From an uncultured Verrucomicrobiota bacterium (GTDB lineage Bacteria; Verrucomicrobiota; Verrucomicrobiia; Limisphaerales; SXQI01), in the NCBI GenBank assembly GCA_964566945.1, contig CAZMKE010000003.1, forward strand, positions 209,224 through 273,223: a stretch of 64,000 bases of DNA. The letters are read 5' to 3'. Position 1 is the first letter of the stretch. Each line of letters starts with the position of its first letter. The notes under the pieces are model-generated. The model had not been told where the DNA came from. It saw only the letters and a list, made by a program, of their open reading frames with translations, and did no database searches. Shown here piece by piece: positions 29,718 to 37,575 of this stretch. Made by a program: the position numbers and the translations under genes.

Positions 29718-30694
29718 GAATGAGCCTGCTCGGGCGCTTGAAAGGCAACGACCCGGTCCCGGGATAGGGCCGCCAGAAAGAGGGCCAGGTCTTCGTGCTC
29801 GAATTCGTTCTTGAACTGGCTGTAAAACTCCGCCATCGCCACCGGAGCCCGGTCCAGGATGTACTGCAGCAAAGGTGCGGCATCAGCCGGGAAAAGCAGC
29901 TCCTTGCCGCCTGCGGTTAAGTAAACGGTGTCCCGATCGCGCCGAAAGATTTTTGGAACGCGCGGCGTAGCCAGCACGATGGAATGATCCGGCGGCAGGT
30001 CTTCACTCCAGGCCCGGCCGGGCGGTGGATGGAGAGGGGCGAGTCGATTGAGGCGGCGCGCATGGGCTTCCAGCAGGCCTGGTGTCCGAAATGCGCCCCC
30101 AAACGCCCTGCGCAATTTCGCCAGGTAGGCGACTTGAGTGGAGAGGCTGGCAAAACGCGGAATATCCGTCTGAAAAACCTCGGAATCCTTCATCTTGTCT
30201 GCCAGCCAGAGCAGCAGGTCGGCTCCGGTCGGGTTCCGGATATGGAAAAACCAGCTCACGGTTGGCTGGTCCAAAGGATGAGCGGAGCGCCACCAGCTCC
30301 GAGGCAGATACAAAGTGCCTCCGGTTTCAAGCCGGGCCTCCCAACCGGGCGCCTCGGTGGCTTGCGCGTCACTGCCGTAAGTCCTCCAACTGGTTGGTCC
30401 GGCCACCTGGAGCACGATCAGGTCCTGCTCGGCCCGGTACGGCTCGCTGACATTCCAATCGCGCACCCGTTCCGGCCGCAGGGGCGCTTCGAGATGGCGT
30501 TCCAGGCTCCAGGCCAGTCCGAGGGCGGGAGAGCAGGTCGCGCATTCCCCACAGGAGCATTCCGCCGCCCGCGGACCCGACTCGAGGAAATCAAAACGAC
30601 CGGCCGTTCCCGGCGAGTGCAACGGCCCGGCGCCGTAATAGTCCCCCAAGAACTCCGGAACGGGGACCGGCTCGAAAATAGCGCCGAGATTCAT
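29714..30694 (-). CDS. JmjC/cupin-4 (RoxA/YcfD-like ribosomal-oxygenase fold) protein with substituted catalytic residues
   Basis: PYRAEQDLIVLQVAGPTSWRTY aligns by eye to the cupin-4 core PHxDxxDVFxxQxxGxKxW. GGTLYLPRSWWRSA aligns to GDxLYxPxGxxH. The C-terminal LFPADAAPLLQYILDRAPVAMAEF...LALFLAALS resembles the YcfD winged-helix domain. N-terminal Cys cluster CSCGECATC. Confidence 0.7.
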   Translation of the reverse strand: MNLGAIFEPVPVPEFLGDYYGAGPLHSPGTAGRFDFLESGPRAAECSCGECATCSPALGLAWSLERHLEAPLRPERVRDWNVSEPYRAEQDLIVLQVAGPTSWRTYGSDAQATEAPGWEARLETGGTLYLPRSWWRSAHPLDQPTVSWFFHIRNPTGADLLLWLADKMKDSEVFQTDIPRFASLSTQVAYLAKLRRAFGGAFRTPGLLEAHARRLNRLAPLHPPPGRAWSEDLPPDHSIVLATPRVPKIFRRDRDTVYLTAGGKELLFPADAAPLLQYILDRAPVAMAEFYSQFKNEFEHEDLALFLAALSRDRVVAFQAPEQAHS

Positions 30695-32079
30695 GCGGCC
30701 GGCCCGCCCGCACTTATCATTTCCGCCAGCTCACGATCTGAGACCCGGCGCTTCCGGACAGATGCGTGCGCGATCAGATAATCGATCGTTCGCTCTTCAA
30801 GTTCAGCGCCAGAGGCCGCAGGAATTCCAAATCGGCGCGCGAGTTCGGCGACGATCAATCCGAGGCGGAGGCGGCGCTCGGCTATGCTTCGAAACTGGCT
30901 TTCGATCGAGGCGCGTTCGGCGGCTTCCTCCGGAATCACCCCTCCGTCGGACTGTGCCGCCTTCAAGAGCGCCTGGAACTCGACGTCGACCACTCCCGGA
31001 AACAGTGGGATCGAATAGCGACTGTCCAGATGGTTCAGCACCTGCAGCGCGAGATGCCTGCGCAGGAAGGCGGCCTGATCCGGAGCCGGGTTGTCCGCGA
31101 CCAGCTGCTCGATGATGACGCTCGAAAAATCGGGCGCGGGCAGATCCGGCAGATGGGTGGCCACGACCGCCATCTCCAACGCGCCCGAGTCCTCGCCCGC
31201 CGTCAGGTTGCAACTGGACGCGACGCTACCGGCCGGCAGGCCTTGCTGCATGGAGTGCACCGCCAAGCGCTTAAGCGCCCATGCTCGCGCCTCGTTGCCG
31301 TAACGTTCCTGCAGGACAGCGTGAGGAATCTGGCCCGGCCGGAAGCCCGGCAAACGGATGCGGCGGCCGATCTCTTGCAGGCGTGCGTCGACAGCCTGCG
31401 CCACGGCCGCCTCGCCGCAGCGACCCCGATACTCACGCCGGGCGCCTTCCCGGCTGGTCTCCTCCCAGACTGCAAGGTTTCCCGGCGGGCGGGAGGGCTC
31501 TGCCGCCGCTGCGGCGCTCTGAGTTGGGGGGGGCGAATCGGAGCGCTCGAGTTTGTAGGCAACCGAGACGCGCAGCACCTTACAGGCACGACTCGGCGCC
31601 TTGCCGCAATGAGGAATGCGCCCATCGAAGAACACCGCGCGGTTCGGGCGGGGCCTGACCGCCAGTGCGATTTCGCCCGCGGCGTCGTAGAATACCGTCT
31701 CGCCATCCCAGCCGTCGTGCCATTCGGGATTTGGGTAGTAGAGCAGCGTAAAGTTGCCCGGCTTGCTGTCATCAACGTGGGTCTCGCCGCCCAATCCATA
31801 GGTATGGCCGTTTGCGTACTGGCGGACCACCCGGAGCGGCCCTCCGGCAAGCTTCTCGCAACGGCTCCGAACAAGCTCCCAGATGGCCTGGAACGCGGCG
31901 TCTCCTTCCAAATCCATGCGCCAGAAGCGCGGGCTTTCCCCTTCCACCGACCCGTGGCCGAAGTGCCAGCCCTTTCCCATGCACGTCGCCCAAGCCGCGG
32001 CGTGCAGATGCGGCGGGGCCAAATCGTCCAGGACTTCCACCAGGGGTTCGAAAGAGTCTGTGTCAGGGTGCGGCTGCAA
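30691..32079 (-). CDS. Fusion protein: N-terminal 2OG-Fe(II) oxygenase plus trigger-factor N- and C-domains (no PPIase domain)
   Basis: Oxygenase: ETHVDD (HxD), RIPHCG (distal His), LRVSV (Arg). From aa ~225, AVDARLQEIGRRIRLPGFRPGQIPHAVLQERYGNEARAWALKRL parallels E. coli Tig [41 protein letters not shown], including the GFRxGxxP motif (nt 31324-31347). The C-terminal AERRLRLGLIVAELARRFGI resembles the Tig C-domain. Confidence 0.8.
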   Translation of the reverse strand: MQPHPDTDSFEPLVEVLDDLAPPHLHAAAWATCMGKGWHFGHGSVEGESPRFWRMDLEGDAAFQAIWELVRSRCEKLAGGPLRVVRQYANGHTYGLGGETHVDDSKPGNFTLLYYPNPEWHDGWDGETVFYDAAGEIALAVRPRPNRAVFFDGRIPHCGKAPSRACKVLRVSVAYKLERSDSPPPTQSAAAAAEPSRPPGNLAVWEETSREGARREYRGRCGEAAVAQAVDARLQEIGRRIRLPGFRPGQIPHAVLQERYGNEARAWALKRLAVHSMQQGLPAGSVASSCNLTAGEDSGALEMAVVATHLPDLPAPDFSSVIIEQLVADNPAPDQAAFLRRHLALQVLNHLDSRYSIPLFPGVVDVEFQALLKAAQSDGGVIPEEAAERASIESQFRSIAERRLRLGLIVAELARRFGIPAASGAELEERTIDYLIAHASVRKRRVSDRELAEMISAGGPAA

Positions 32080-32722
32080 AGCGAATCAGGTTTTGGTAGG
32101 CCTTGGAAAGGAGCAGCGAAAGGTCCGGGCGATTCAACTGATCCACAGTCGTTGAGGCTCGGGCCAGGTCGTAGAGAATGGTGCGGAGGTGTTCGTCGCG
32201 AACGGCGCTCTGAATCCAAGTAACTGCTGCGAGCCGGGTCCCGCGGGTCACCGGCGCCACGTGATGAACCGATGTGGCGGAGTAGACGATTGCCTCGCCG
32301 GCATCCAGCTTGATCTCGTCTCCCCCCTCGATAACCAGTTCACCTCCATCATAACTCTCGGGAGGGCTGAGGAAAAGCGTCATTGCGAGATCGGTCCGAA
32401 TGCCGTTCGGACCTCCCATCAGTCCGCCGTCAACATGGTCGCCGTATCCCATCCCTGGTTCATAGCGGCTGAAAAGTGGCAACACCCAGCATTTGGGCAG
32501 GGCGAAAGTCTGAAAATCGCGATGCCGTTTCATGGCCTGGTCCACCAGGGCATCGAGCGCGTTGGAATCTTTTGCCCCTCGTTCGACTTGAAGGTTGTTT
32601 TTGACCTGGGCTGCACCTCCGCCGGCGGTGGCTTTCCCGTTGACAAAAGTCCGCTGTCTTAATGCGCGGACAGCCTGTTCCGTCTCCTTCCTGTCCAGCA
32701 GGCGAAAAACCTCCCGATGCAT
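32063..32722 (-). CDS. PKHD-type Fe(II)/2OG-dependent hydroxylase (YbiX/PiuC family)
   Basis: Collinear by eye with E. coli YbiX: NGKATAGGGAAQVKNNLQ, GDHVDGG, TDLAMTLFLSPPESYDGGELVI, SVHHVAPVTRGTRLAAVTWIQS. Confidence 0.9.
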   Translation of the reverse strand: MHREVFRLLDRKETEQAVRALRQRTFVNGKATAGGGAAQVKNNLQVERGAKDSNALDALVDQAMKRHRDFQTFALPKCWVLPLFSRYEPGMGYGDHVDGGLMGGPNGIRTDLAMTLFLSPPESYDGGELVIEGGDEIKLDAGEAIVYSATSVHHVAPVTRGTRLAAVTWIQSAVRDEHLRTILYDLARASTTVDQLNRPDLSLLLSKAYQNLIRFAAAP

Positions 32723-32752
32723 CTCGACCTAGCTGCGGCAGGATGTTCCGGC

Positions 32753-33316
32753 CTACTGCACTTTTGGGTGCTTTCGGCGCCACACCAAGGCTCCCGCAAG
32801 GGTCAAACCGCCGGCCACTAAAGCTGTTTGGGACGGTTCTGGCACCACCGTTGCCGTCAGGTCCATTTGATAGTTGTTGCTCAGGGCGGCATTTTTCCGA
32901 ACGAACAGTTGTCCGTCCGACGGAACGACTCCATTTACTGAGCCGCCCAAGCCTTCCAGAGTCGCGGACCCTAAGGAGGCCTGGCTGCTGTTGAAAACCG
33001 TGAAGCTGCTGCCTTTTTCCTGACCTAGAGGGTTATAAGTGCCGCGAAGAGAGAACGAGGTGCCCGACGCGAGGTTGGAGAACTCAAACCAATCAGTGTC
33101 CGAGCCACCATCTGTTCCTCGGACGGTGGTTGTTCCTGTTGGCAGAGCATAGGCGAGCGCAAAAGAATTGCCAAAATCTGAGGGCGCCGGGCTTGTTCCT
33201 TCGATGATGACTTGACCGGAAGAACTAACTCCGCTCATCGTCCCAAGGCACGTGGTGGCGAGGAGGGTTCGCGTAAAACGGCTCTCAAAAAAGCCAGTCG
33301 ATATCGTGGTGGTCAT
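32753..33316 (-). CDS. PEP-CTERM sorting-domain protein with a PPC (pre-peptidase C-terminal)-like domain
   Basis: C-terminal VPEPSQTALVAGGLTLAGALVWRRK (PEP motif, TM helix, basic tail). GSDTDWFEFSNLASGTSF is a PPC-like motif. Its stop lies 30 nt upstream of the hydroxylase start on the same strand. Confidence 0.85.
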   Translation of the reverse strand: MTTTISTGFFESRFTRTLLATTCLGTMSGVSSSGQVIIEGTSPAPSDFGNSFALAYALPTGTTTVRGTDGGSDTDWFEFSNLASGTSFSLRGTYNPLGQEKGSSFTVFNSSQASLGSATLEGLGGSVNGVVPSDGQLFVRKNAALSNNYQMDLTATVVPEPSQTALVAGGLTLAGALVWRRKHPKVQ

Positions 33317-33396
33317 AGTAAACGCCTGCAGTTCGGATTACGCCAGAGAGCTTGATTTACTGCAAGGGAAAACTGCAGAAAAAACGCGCCAGTTCT

Positions 33397-33775
33397 GTTC
33401 GGCAGAGCCTCACCCTCCCGGCGAGGCGGTGCGAGGCGGGAGTATCACCGGAATTTTTTTGACCCGCGGAAATGCGGATGGGGATTCGCTTCACCAACGA
33501 GGTCGGGCAACAAGAACGGAAGCAATAGACATTCGGACGGTTAATAAAGTTGGGGTTCGGCGGAGCCTCACCCTCCGGGGGGCGGCGGGGGCCAAAGGGG
33601 AACCGAGGTGCTTGGGTGAAAAAGCTCGGCGGAGCCCCGCTCCACCTTTGGAGTGGTGGCAAAGGAGGAACCAAAATAAGTCCGAACCTGGGGGGGAAGG
33701 TGTGGGAAAGTTGGAAGGTTCGGGACGAGTGAGATGTTCGGCCACTTGCTGACGCGCGCCTATAGGCTCTGTTGG
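33397..33775 (+). repeat. Dispersed repeat copies: partial module A at 33397-33426, full module A at 33522-33655, module C at 33732-33775
   Basis: GCAATAGACATTCGGACGGTTAATAAAGTTGGGGTTCGGCGGAGCCTCACCCTCC...AAAAAGCTCGGCGGAGCCCCGCTCCAC, nearly identical to 27550-27679. Confidence 0.9.
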
Positions 33776-33955
33776 GTGTCTCTGTGTTCCTTGGCATGGA
33801 TTCGCCACCTCAACTCTGTCCGGTCGGCTTGGCGGGGCGCAGAAGACACGGGCCGTGTCAGCCAGAGTGACAGTCGACAGGGCGACGAAAACGAGGAAGG
33901 ACCAAGCCCGGCGGGCTCGGTCCTTGCAAGGCACCCTTCTGGTCGAGGGTTGAGT

Positions 33956-34801
33956 TTAGGTCAGCGCGCGACGAGCAGCCAAGAGGCCTGCCAAACCTAT
34001 GCCCAGTAACCCAAAGCAAGAACTGGAATCCGGCACTCCATGACCGGTATCCTGGCGCTGCTCGTAATCGACCGAGAGATCCTCAATCAATCGATAATTG
34101 TCCGGCGGAATTGGGCCACCCAGGTTTAGCACGCCGATTTCCAAACCGGTAACGCCATCGTACTCGTGCAGCTTGCTGTTAAAAATGTCTGACACCCAGA
34201 AGTTGCTTCCATCATACGCGATGCCAGTGGCCTGGTAGGCGGTTTGAATGAAGTTCGCGGTCAAGACATTGCCATTCGTGTCGTAAATATCGTAATTGTG
34301 CCCTGCGTCTTCACGATTGACGATTAGCTTGCCGTTAAAGTACTCCATCCCGTCCATGTTGTTTGAGGCCAGCGAGAAGGTGACCGTCTTGATATTGTTT
34401 CCGGTGACAGGATCAATCTGGAAACCTTTGTTTGAGCCGGAGTAGTCGGTGGTCCAAAACGTCGAACCGTCCCAGGCGATCGTGGACATGCTGGCATTCT
34501 GCGTCAAAATGGAGCCCAGCGAGAGTCCGGTTGTAATGTCCGTCTTGTAGATGTGGGGGTCACCCACAACTGTCGAATAAAGAACGTTGCCGACAACGAC
34601 AACGCCGCGACCGTTTCCGACTGAAGGGTTGTATTGAACCAGTTTTACCCCCGTCGACGTGTCGAACTTCTCCACGTAGTCTCCGGAACCACTGGCGTTG
34701 TTTCCGTAGATGGTTTGTGCTGCTTTGGCTGAGGCAAGTCCCGCCAACGCAGTGCCTGCTAAAAGAAAAGCGATCTTGTTCATACGGTTTGTAGCGGGCA
34801 T
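33956..34801 (-). CDS. PEP-CTERM-type secreted beta-propeller-like repeat protein
   Basis: Signal peptide MNKIAFLLAGTALAGLASA. Repeated DG(S/T)xFW..D blades. C-terminal VPDSSSCFGLLGIGLAGLLAARR is a PEP-CTERM variant. Confidence 0.8.
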   Translation of the reverse strand: MPATNRMNKIAFLLAGTALAGLASAKAAQTIYGNNASGSGDYVEKFDTSTGVKLVQYNPSVGNGRGVVVVGNVLYSTVVGDPHIYKTDITTGLSLGSILTQNASMSTIAWDGSTFWTTDYSGSNKGFQIDPVTGNNIKTVTFSLASNNMDGMEYFNGKLIVNREDAGHNYDIYDTNGNVLTANFIQTAYQATGIAYDGSNFWVSDIFNSKLHEYDGVTGLEIGVLNLGGPIPPDNYRLIEDLSVDYEQRQDTGHGVPDSSSCFGLLGIGLAGLLAARRALT

Positions 34802-35155
34802 TATTCATGCCAAATCGGAGATCGCTGTGGGGCAAGCGGTTAGTAAAATGTGCGAATGGTGATCTGTTTTAAATTGTAAAAATCGGTTACGTTTTTGATT
34901 ATCTGGACGGCTCTAGCAGGGGGGGGAGGAGAGTGGGAAAGCGTCCATGCATTACTTATATATTGTCGATCGTTGAGCAAAATCCGTGGATTAAATTTGC
35001 GACGCGGCGGTGCCTCCAGCTCAATAATGCTGCTTCCCTAAATGGTCCGAGGAAGAGTGATGGCATCGCGTCGCTTCTATATTGCTGCATTCGAAGCAAA
35101 ATATGTGGGTTCAGTGTGATTGGGAAAGGCATCATGGTGCTCGCGCGACGGCACT

Positions 35156-35403
35156 GGGTTGCGGCTGGGAACTTCTCCGAAGTGTCTGGAGAACGCCGCG
35201 TGATTTTGCCGCCGGATTCGTTTTTCGGCGCGGTTTGGATGGGGGGATTGGTGGATGACCGATCTCCGTCGTTGGTTGGGCAGCGAGTATCAGGAATTGA
35301 TTTGGTTTTCGTTTTGTTTCGGTGATGGAGAAAGAACAGCGGCGCTCTGACGAGACGCCGCTACCGTGTTCTTGCGGGGCGGCGGATGGGCGGGGGTTTA
35401 ACG
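35156..35403 (+). repeat. Dispersed repeat module B, second full copy
   Basis: GGCTGGGAACTTCTCCGAAGT...GATGACCGATC.CCGTCGTTGGTTGGGCAG...GAACAGCGGCGCTCTGACGAGACGCCGCTAC is shared with 27680-27920. Confidence 0.9.
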
Positions 35404-35512
35404 GGCGTCGCTGGCTTGCTGCCAGGGGGCGGCGATGTGAGCAGTGATGCCGGGGTTGTGGCTCGCGACGGCGAGGGTGGAGCCGTCCGGACTGAAGGCG
35501 GCGGCGAACGGG

Positions 35513-35585
35513 AGGTTTTCGTTTCGATTCGGTGATGGAGGGAGAACAGCGGCGCAGTGCTTTTTTGCGGGGCGGCGGCGTGGTG
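35513..35585 (+). repeat. Partial third copy of module B (hairpin deleted)
   Basis: GGTTTTCGTTTCGATTCGGTGATGGAGGGAGAACAGCGGCG...GCGGGGCGGCGGCG matches the 3' part of module B. Lies ~80 nt upstream of the next gene. Confidence 0.75.
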
Positions 35586-35664
35586 ACGCCGACAAGGGGC
35601 CGTTACAGGATGGAATGATCCGTTCTGCTTGCAGCGGGGAGGTCTGACGAGAGAGGATGGGGTG

Positions 35665-36723
35665 ATGGAGACATTTAAGATTGCGCTTTATCCCGGGGAC
35701 GGGATTGGGGTGGATGTGACGCGGGAGGCGGTGCGGGTGCTGCGGGCGGCGGAGCAGGTGCTGGGCGGATTTCACCTGGAGTTTACGGAGTTCGACTGGG
35801 GCGCGGAGCTGGGGGTGCGGACGGGGCGGGTGGCACCGGAGAATCTTCTGGAGGTGCTCCGGCCGTTTGATGCGATTTTTCTCGGGGCGCTGGGTGATCC
35901 GGCGCGGCTGCCGGACCATGTGACACTGGAGCCGCTGATCCGGCTGCGGCAGAAGTTCGATCAATATGCGTGTGTGCGGCCGGCAAAGCTTTTCGCCGGG
36001 GTGCCCTCGTTGCTGGCGGGGAAAGGGCCGGCCGATATTGATCTGGTGGTGGTGCGCGAGAATTCGGAGGGGGAATACGTGAATGCGGGCGGGCGGTTCC
36101 GCACGGGGGAGCCGGAGGAGTTCGCGCTCCAGACCGCGATTCACACGCGGAAGGGAATCGAGCGGATCCTGCGCTACGCGTTTGGCCTGGCGCGGACGCG
36201 CCGCCGGAAATTGACGATGATCACGAAGTCGAACGCGCAGCGCTTCTCGTTTGTGCTGTGGGACGAAATCCTGGAGGAGATCCGAAAGGAGTTTCCGGAT
36301 GTGCAGGCGGACAAACAGCATGTGGATGCCGCGGCGATGAATTTCGTGCGAACGCCGGAGCGGTTTGACGTGGTGGTGGCGTCGAATTTGTTCGGGGACA
36401 TTCTAACCGACCTTAGCGCCATTCTGGCGGGCGGGCTGGGCCTGGCCCCGAGCGCAAACCTGAACCCGGAGCGGCGGTTTCCGTCGATGTTCGAGCCGGT
36501 GCATGGATCGGCTCCCGATATCGCGGGCAAAGGGATCGCGAATCCGGCGGCGGCGGTGCTGAGCGCGGCGTTCATGCTGGAGTGGCTGGGGCTCAAGGAG
36601 GCGGCCGGCCGCATCCGGCAGGCGGTGGAGCGGGTGCTGGTCCAGAAGAGGACCACGCCGGATTTGGGAGGGGCGCTCACGACCACGCAGATGGGCGAGG
36701 CGATTTGCGCGGAGTTGCGCTGA
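35665..36723 (+). CDS. Tartrate/D-malate/3-isopropylmalate dehydrogenase family protein
   Basis: METFKIALYPGDGIGVDVTREA, VRENSEGEY, NLFGDILTDL and HGSAPDIAGKGIANP. The ATG at 35665 is preferred over the ORF start at 35629. Confidence 0.85.
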   Translation: METFKIALYPGDGIGVDVTREAVRVLRAAEQVLGGFHLEFTEFDWGAELGVRTGRVAPENLLEVLRPFDAIFLGALGDPARLPDHVTLEPLIRLRQKFDQYACVRPAKLFAGVPSLLAGKGPADIDLVVVRENSEGEYVNAGGRFRTGEPEEFALQTAIHTRKGIERILRYAFGLARTRRRKLTMITKSNAQRFSFVLWDEILEEIRKEFPDVQADKQHVDAAAMNFVRTPERFDVVVASNLFGDILTDLSAILAGGLGLAPSANLNPERRFPSMFEPVHGSAPDIAGKGIANPAAAVLSAAFMLEWLGLKEAAGRIRQAVERVLVQKRTTPDLGGALTTTQMGEAICAELR

Positions 36724-36771
36724 ATTTGTTGTTTTAGCCGGGCCCTTTCCGCTCTATCGTGCGGCTTCTGC

Positions 36772-37563
36772 ATGAATCAAGTTGCCCTCATCACCGGAGC
36801 CTCACGGGGCATCGGCCGGGCTATCGCCATCGAGTTGGCGGGCCTGGGCTTTGATCTGCTGCTGAGCTTCCGTTCCGATGGCGTGGCGGCTCGACAGGCC
36901 GTGGACGAGTGCCGGGCGGCCGCGGGGCGGGCGGGGCAGGCCATTCGGGCGGAGCTGGCCCAGGGGGACATATCCAGCGCGTCGACGCGCGAGGAGTTGA
37001 TCCGGACGGCGCGCAGTGCTTTCGGACGCCTGGATCTGCTGGTGAACAATGCCGGGATGGCGCCGCGTGAACGCAGGGATCTGCTGGAAACTTCCGAGGC
37101 GAGCTTTGACGAATTGATCGGAGTGAATCTCAAGGCGCCATTTTTTCTGACGCAACGGGCGGCGCGCTGGATGATCGAGTTGAAAGGGTCGCTCGGCCCG
37201 GAGTACCGTCCGAAAATCGTGACGATCAGTTCGGTGAGCGCTTATGCCGCCTCGGTGAATCGGGGCGAGTATTGCGTGTCGAAAGCCGGCCTTTCGATGA
37301 TGACCACCTTGTTTGCCGCCCGACTGGCTTCGCAGGAGATCGGCGTCTACGAAATTCGCCCGGGCATCATCGCCACGGACATGACCGCAGGGGTGAAGGA
37401 GAAATATGATCGGCTTATTGCGCAGGGGCTGACTCCGCTGCAGCGCTGGGGGGCTCCGGCGGATGTGGCGCGGGCGGTTTCGGCCATCGCCCGGGATCTT
37501 TTGCCGTTCAGCACGGGCGAGGTGATCAATGTCGATGGCGGTTTTCATTTGCGCACTCTTTGA
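36772..37563 (+). CDS. SDR-family oxidoreductase
   Basis: [15 protein letters not shown] (TGxxxGxG), NNAG, and a YxxxK region (YCVSKAG). Confidence 0.9.
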   Translation: MNQVALITGASRGIGRAIAIELAGLGFDLLLSFRSDGVAARQAVDECRAAAGRAGQAIRAELAQGDISSASTREELIRTARSAFGRLDLLVNNAGMAPRERRDLLETSEASFDELIGVNLKAPFFLTQRAARWMIELKGSLGPEYRPKIVTISSVSAYAASVNRGEYCVSKAGLSMMTTLFAARLASQEIGVYEIRPGIIATDMTAGVKEKYDRLIAQGLTPLQRWGAPADVARAVSAIARDLLPFSTGEVINVDGGFHLRTL

Positions 37564-37575
37564 AACCTGGCGTTC

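Noticed and set aside
22172-35585. Possible CRISPR array, because of recurring GC-rich repeats
   Set aside because: The repeats are 60-240 nt, irregularly spaced over 13 kb and separated by genes. There is no short direct-repeat/spacer periodicity and there are no cas genes.
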